Shown: piece by piece, positions 60,025 through 64,000 of the stretch
Layout of the letters: each line of letters begins with the position of its first letter
Position numbering within the stretch: position 1 is the first letter of the stretch
Source of the DNA: a virus
Taxonomy: Duplodnaviria; Caudoviricetes
IMG/VR virus record: IMGVR_UViG_3300008111_000023
Span: 1 to 64,000 of that record
Length of the DNA stretch: 64,000 bases
Reading direction: 5' to 3' (one strand)
The notes under the pieces: generated by a model
What the model saw: the letters and a program-made list of their open reading frames with translations, nothing else
What the model was told of the DNA's origin: nothing
Databases searched by the model: none
Made by a program: the position numbers and the translations under genes

Positions 60025-60872
60025 TATGTTCCCCACTCATTTTTAAACAATGGTACCTGCAATCTGTCACTGTATCGCAATCCATTCTTCATAGCTAAGT
60101 CTGCCACTGTGCGATTGTTTAATGCGTAGACACTTTCAACACCGCCTACTGGCATTAAGTAGACATGTCCTTTAAATCCTGCTTTACGATAAGCGGCAAT
60201 AGCACACTCTGCATCTGCAAAGTCTTGTTCTGTGGCAATAACAAATTTCAAGTATGCTGTGCCAATTTGTTCGTATTCGCAAACTACTTCTGGAAGAATT
60301 GCTTCCTCCCACTTCTCACCACTGCACGGCAGTTTAGCACTTACTGAAAATGTAATTTCTCTATAAAAATCTAAGTTAGGCATTTGCCACTCTAACAAAT
60401 ATTCTTTAAACTCTTCTGTTAGTTTTTGAGTACCGTTTGTTTCAAATGTAATTTCTTTTAAGCCAGCCATTTTAGGATGACGCAACAAGTCAGGATAAGC
60501 ACGTTGCCACCCCAACAAGGGTTCACCGCCTGTAATAACTAGATGCTCATCTTGCCAAGTATTATGTGGAATAATTTCCATAATACGATCTACAATAGCT
60601 TCACTTGTAAGCATTGGGCTTAGATCTTTAAAGCGTGGATCCCAACTAGCATAGCTATCACATCCTGTACTAACCAACGGCAACATTTTGTAGTCGTTGT
60701 ATTTTGCTGGATCGATGTCATTTGCTTCTTGACTTAGCTCGCCTCTCAACATGCCAAATCCTTGACATTTAAAATTACATCCAAATGTACGTAAGAAAAC
60801 AGAAGGCACACCCATATAGCGTCCTTCACCTTGAATGCTGTAAAACAGCTCTGCGATTTTAATTTTGCTCAT
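60024..60872 (-). CDS. queE: 7-carboxy-7-deazaguanine synthase QueE (radical SAM)
   Basis: ELFYSIQGEG...PSVFLRTFGCNFKC...CDS, VITGGEPLL, FETNGT, SVSAKL, RLQV.L. Confidence 0.85.
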   Translation of the reverse strand: MSKIKIAELFYSIQGEGRYMGVPSVFLRTFGCNFKCQGFGMLRGELSQEANDIDPAKYNDYKMLPLVSTGCDSYASWDPRFKDLSPMLTSEAIVDRIMEIIPHNTWQDEHLVITGGEPLLGWQRAYPDLLRHPKMAGLKEITFETNGTQKLTEEFKEYLLEWQMPNLDFYREITFSVSAKLPCSGEKWEEAILPEVVCEYEQIGTAYLKFVIATEQDFADAECAIAAYRKAGFKGHVYLMPVGGVESVYALNNRTVADLAMKNGLRYSDRLQVPLFKNEWGT

Positions 60873-60877
60873 AATAT

Positions 60878-60907
60878 ATTATACACTCTTTTCACTATTG
60901 GTGTCAA
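60878..60907 (-). promoter_or_regulatory. Consensus sigma70 promoter giving a probably leaderless queE mRNA
   Basis: TTGACA-N18-TATAAT, then only 5 nt before the queE ATG; no RBS. Confidence 0.7.
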
Positions 60908-61061
60908 CCTTTTTCAAAAGCCAACTACCGTCTTTTTGGTCAATCCATGTGATGTTATCACCTTCTTTCCATCCTGCTTGTTCTAGCAGTTCTGGAGGAA
61001 AGCATAATATGTAATCTCCAGTTTTGGGATCTTCTTCTACGTTAAGTGTCCAGCTTTTCAA
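60879..61061 (-). CDS. Small AbrB/MazE-like (swapped-hairpin) protein
   Basis: Likely TTG start at 61061; ILCFPPELLEQAGWKEGDNITW matches the AbrB-type pattern. The longer 61217 start overlaps the deaminase gene. Confidence 0.55.
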   Translation of the reverse strand: MKSWTLNVEEDPKTGDYILCFPPELLEQAGWKEGDNITWIDQKDGSWLLKKVDTNSEKSV

Positions 61062-61563
61062 TTTCAACTCCTGATTTTTTGAGGAATTCAACCCCTGCAT
61101 CATCTCTATAGTTTTCACCATAGTAAACACGACTAATGCCAGACTGATATATAAGTTTAGCGCATTCAATACAGGGGGCATGAGTGATAAAAATATCAGC
61201 GCCGTCTCCACTGTCATTGGACTTCGCTAATTTTGCAATAGCGTTTGATTCAGCATGGAGTACCTCTGGTTTGGTTTTTAAAGCATACCGTCTAGCATAT
61301 CCTATGTCAGGATCAAAGTCTTCCTCTTCAAATGGCCAGCGTTCTTCAATTTCGTCAGGATTCAACCATCCACCTGCATCTCCGCTCATATATTCTTTAT
61401 CTTCGCAGTTGTTGTCCCAACCTGCCGGCATACCATTATAACCGATACTAATGATTCTATCATCCTTGACCACAATCGCACCCACATGTAATCTGCGAGC
61501 ATGACTAAGCTCTGCAAATCTTGCGGCCACATCCATGTAGGTTTTTTTAAACCGAGATTTCAT
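61042..61563 (-). CDS. cd: dCMP deaminase
   Basis: VGAIVVKD.RIISIGYNG, HAESNAI, THAPCIECAK zinc motifs. Confidence 0.92.
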   Translation of the reverse strand: MKSRFKKTYMDVAARFAELSHARRLHVGAIVVKDDRIISIGYNGMPAGWDNNCEDKEYMSGDAGGWLNPDEIEERWPFEEEDFDPDIGYARRYALKTKPEVLHAESNAIAKLAKSNDSGDGADIFITHAPCIECAKLIYQSGISRVYYGENYRDDAGVEFLKKSGVEIEKLDT

Positions 61564-61744
61564 TGTTTCTCTTTTGATCTATTTGTCTACGTTTACGACA
61601 TTCTTCTTTGACTGAGTTAGGAATATCAGGATGCCATTCTGCCATCCCACAATCATATATCCGATATTCTGGCATCTCTACTTGTGAAAGTACAATAATC
61701 CAAATAGCACAGGCAACTATAAATCCTACAACATATTTGATCAC
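61547..61744 (-). CDS. Small membrane-anchored hypothetical protein
   Basis: N-terminal hydrophobic helix; YDC..AEWHPDIP..VKEEC. Confidence 0.6.
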   Translation of the reverse strand: MIKYVVGFIVACAIWIIVLSQVEMPEYRIYDCGMAEWHPDIPNSVKEECRKRRQIDQKRNNEISV

Positions 61745-61944
61745 AATCTATCACTCACTAATATTTTACACATAAAAGCATCTTGTTCATTCTCAAAATG
61801 AAAGCACATGAAATTCTCATTAAGCTCGGTTGTGTATCTATGACCGGGTAATCCAAAGTGTTCTAAAATTGTAGCGCAAGTTTCATTCCACCAAATGTTT
61901 GGCTGGTTGTCCCACGGAACGGTAATTGTTCTTAAGTTAGACAC
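61741..61944 (-). CDS. Hypothetical protein
   Basis: 67 aa, GTG start with an AGGA RBS. Confidence 0.6.
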   Translation of the reverse strand: MSNLRTITVPWDNQPNIWWNETCATILEHFGLPGHRYTTELNENFMCFHFENEQDAFMCKILVSDRL

Positions 61945-61954
61945 AATATCCTAC

Positions 61955-62332
61955 TCATTTTTTATAATTGCCTTTTTCTGGAATGACATGCCTAACACCA
62001 CCTCTGGGGTCTTCCATATCGCCTTTTCTTCGTGGGATCAAATGTATATGAGGATACATTACAGTTTGACCTGCTGCTTCGCCCCAATTAAGACCAATAT
62101 TGAATCCGTCACACTCGCCTTTCTCAATCATATCTTTTCCAACACTAAGCGCATCATTAAAGCAGTCGGTAATAACTCCGTCTGCTGCATACTGTGGAAC
62201 AAATAGTAGATGTCCGTCTGTAACAGGGTACTTATCTTTAAAGACTTTAACATGGAAGTCTTCTCGAACTAGATCTGTCCACGGTGCAATACCAGCAGCT
62301 TCGGCCTCTTCTAATACATATTCTTTTTTCAC
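61955..62332 (-). CDS. HIT family nucleotide hydrolase
   Basis: DKYPVTDGHLLFVP, GFNIGLN.GEAAGQTV..PHIHLIPR. Confidence 0.9.
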   Translation of the reverse strand: MKKEYVLEEAEAAGIAPWTDLVREDFHVKVFKDKYPVTDGHLLFVPQYAADGVITDCFNDALSVGKDMIEKGECDGFNIGLNWGEAAGQTVMYPHIHLIPRRKGDMEDPRGGVRHVIPEKGNYKK

Positions 62333-62856
62333 TTAGTCCACCATTCTTCAAAGGGAAATTCGATCCATACAGGATTTTCTGCTTTGTTAATTTCTTCACC
62401 TACAAAATCCATTTTAACTTTAGACTCACTAGCAAGATTATCAAATATAGTGGCAAACCTTACATTTTGATTCCATATTTCATCAAGCCATCTTTCGGCG
62501 TCGGGTAAGCAACTACTTTGCCAGTCGTTTAAAATCCAATTGATAGTTGCACCGCTATCGTTAATGTCGTCGACAATTAAGATATTAGGAGTGGGAATAT
62601 CTGGGTCATATCCAAATGCATCCTCTGCCATCCATAGATTGCTTTCGGTGGCATGTTCTCCGCCGTTATCTCTAAGACTTACTTTTAGTGTTTCGCAGGG
62701 AACATTAAAATACTGACTGATCATAACAGCGGGCAATAGACCTCCTCGGGTAATACCTACTATATAATCCGGACGCCAATTACTTAAAGAAATATCTCTA
62801 CAAATGTTTGCTACTAGACCTTGAAACTCTGTCCAACTTACTTTACGTTTTTCCAT
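62329..62856 (-). CDS. Type I phosphoribosyltransferase (Gpt/Hpt-like)
   Basis: IVGITRGGLLPA, ILIVDDINDSGAT (PRPP loop), WIEFPFE. Confidence 0.88.
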   Translation of the reverse strand: MEKRKVSWTEFQGLVANICRDISLSNWRPDYIVGITRGGLLPAVMISQYFNVPCETLKVSLRDNGGEHATESNLWMAEDAFGYDPDIPTPNILIVDDINDSGATINWILNDWQSSCLPDAERWLDEIWNQNVRFATIFDNLASESKVKMDFVGEEINKAENPVWIEFPFEEWWTK

Positions 62857-63304
62857 GACGCTCCTTAAGATACTGCTCGTGTTGAATCCATTCGTCGTTT
62901 ACTAGAAATCCCCAATCACGTTTATGCGGACCGGGCATGAATAATGTCCATGCAGTTATGCCAGGCTTAAGCTCAACACGATGATAAGAATTAGGGCTAC
63001 ATATACGAAAATGGCCGGGTCCTCTCCATTTACGTACTTCACCTGATTTACTACCGTCTGCGTTAAATTCCGGAATCCATTCATAATATCCACCTTTCAA
63101 AATTAATGTTGCATAAGGCCAAGGATGATCATGTACATCATCTGGATCGCCTTTTAGGAATTTATGTAAAAATACATTAAAGGGAAACCGTGTTCTGTCT
63201 TTTAAGAAAACATAATATCTTTCTAGATAAGGCTCGTCATTAACACGATCCATAATAATACGTTTACGTCCAATGCGTTCTAAAAAATTAAGAAATGCTT
63301 TCAT
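62843..63304 (-). CDS. Cupin-fold hypothetical protein
   Basis: ATG at 63304; LHKF...D.DDVHDHPW...ILKGGY.E...HRVEL. Confidence 0.7.
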   Translation of the reverse strand: MKAFLNFLERIGRKRIIMDRVNDEPYLERYYVFLKDRTRFPFNVFLHKFLKGDPDDVHDHPWPYATLILKGGYYEWIPEFNADGSKSGEVRKWRGPGHFRICSPNSYHRVELKPGITAWTLFMPGPHKRDWGFLVNDEWIQHEQYLKERHGKT

Positions 63305-63528
63305 TCTACACCTTCTCCAAACCAATCATCTACCATACGTTCTGCTTCGTTTTGTGTGAGAGCAGGCACAAAGATTCTAGCAAGTTGTCCAACAGTATGT
63401 TGAATATTAAATCGAATAATACCTGGAGGAATAAGATCGTAATCTCTTTCAACTACGAATTCCTGCATATTTTTTGCACGATTAATTAATTCATTAGCCA
63501 TTACGGCTGCTGTTAGACTTGGGTTCAT
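63301..63528 (-). CDS. Hypothetical protein
   Basis: 75-aa ORF with 4-nt overlaps. Confidence 0.6.
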   Translation of the reverse strand: MNPSLTAAVMANELINRAKNMQEFVVERDYDLIPPGIIRFNIQHTVGQLARIFVPALTQNEAERMVDDWFGEGVE

Positions 63529-64000
63529 CTTGGGGCAAACTCCTGTTGTAGTTTAATGTTATCAAAAAACTCTTTCTTTGTGTGTGGATCATCCTTAAAC
63601 GATCCACGAAGCACGGTAGTTTGTGTTAGACTAGAGTGTGCCATAATTCCACGATTCTCACAGCATCCATGTGTGGCTTGAATGTAGACTGCCACGTTCT
63701 CTGAGTCGGTAGCTTTAGAAATTTCTCTAGCAATGTCATTACACAATTCTTCTTGCAGAGTACCACGTCTAGCACACCATTGTGCTATTCTTGTGTACTT
63801 TGACAAGCCAATGAGTTTTTGTGCGGCAATGATACCGATATACGCGACGCCAGCCACAGGCTGGTGATGGTGACTGCACATGCTACGAAGCTCACTACGC
63901 ACAACCAACATACCCTCATATCTAGCCTACGTGCTGTGCCTTTTGAGTTGGGATCATTTTCACGATCAATTAACAATGCATCTAACACTTGTTCAAATGC
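63525..64000 (-). pseudogene. folE: GTP cyclohydrolase I, disrupted in this sequence by an internal deletion and frameshift near 63924; 5' end lies outside the window
   Basis: One frame gives ...DPNSKGTARRL. Another gives RYEGMLVVRSELRSMCSHHHQP...GLSKYTRI...LQEEL...HGCCENRG. The AKMY...FPN segment that normally joins them is missing. Confidence 0.8.

Noticed and set aside
61062-61217. N-terminal extension of the 112-aa ORF 60879-61217
   Set aside because: It overlaps the dCMP deaminase gene in another frame. A TTG start at 61061 gives a compact AbrB-like protein.
63785-63988. Programmed frameshift or translational bypass in folE
   Set aside because: Conserved coding sequence is missing rather than interrupted by extra sequence, so recoding could not restore the protein.
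1-64000. Stop-codon reassignment as seen in some large phages
   Set aside because: Long genes, up to 4574 aa, are intact under the standard code and gene packing is tight.

Overview
A 64-kb piece of a large, AT-rich, lytic T4-like (myovirus-type) phage genome using the standard genetic code. From left to right: a tape-measure-like gene running off the left edge with a C-terminal muramidase-like domain; a gp26-like tail/baseplate chaperone that appears to extend into a gp51-like ORF by a programmed -1 frameshift; two probable internal head proteins; a densely base-paired non-coding element of about 380 nt directly downstream of a GIY-YIG nuclease gene; an Hc1-like gene, gp46/gp47 and the gp55 late sigma factor; a contractile-tail baseplate module (gp53, hub, gp5, gp25, gp6 and a 4574-aa wedge/adhesin); four paralogous tail-fibre genes; a late-promoter glycosyltransferase cluster; a convergent operon of four radical SAM enzymes plus an SGNH-like protein; and an early/middle region (RNase H, queE, dCMP deaminase, HIT, PRTase, cupin, and a folE broken by an internal deletion). 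A (A/T)TAAATA late-promoter motif recurs before the structural genes. No tRNA, CRISPR array, integrase or reverse transcriptase was seen. All family calls come from motifs recognised by eye; no search was run. The strongest leads are the structured RNA with its GIY-YIG gene, the gp26/gp51 frameshift, and the glycosyltransferase and radical SAM clusters.
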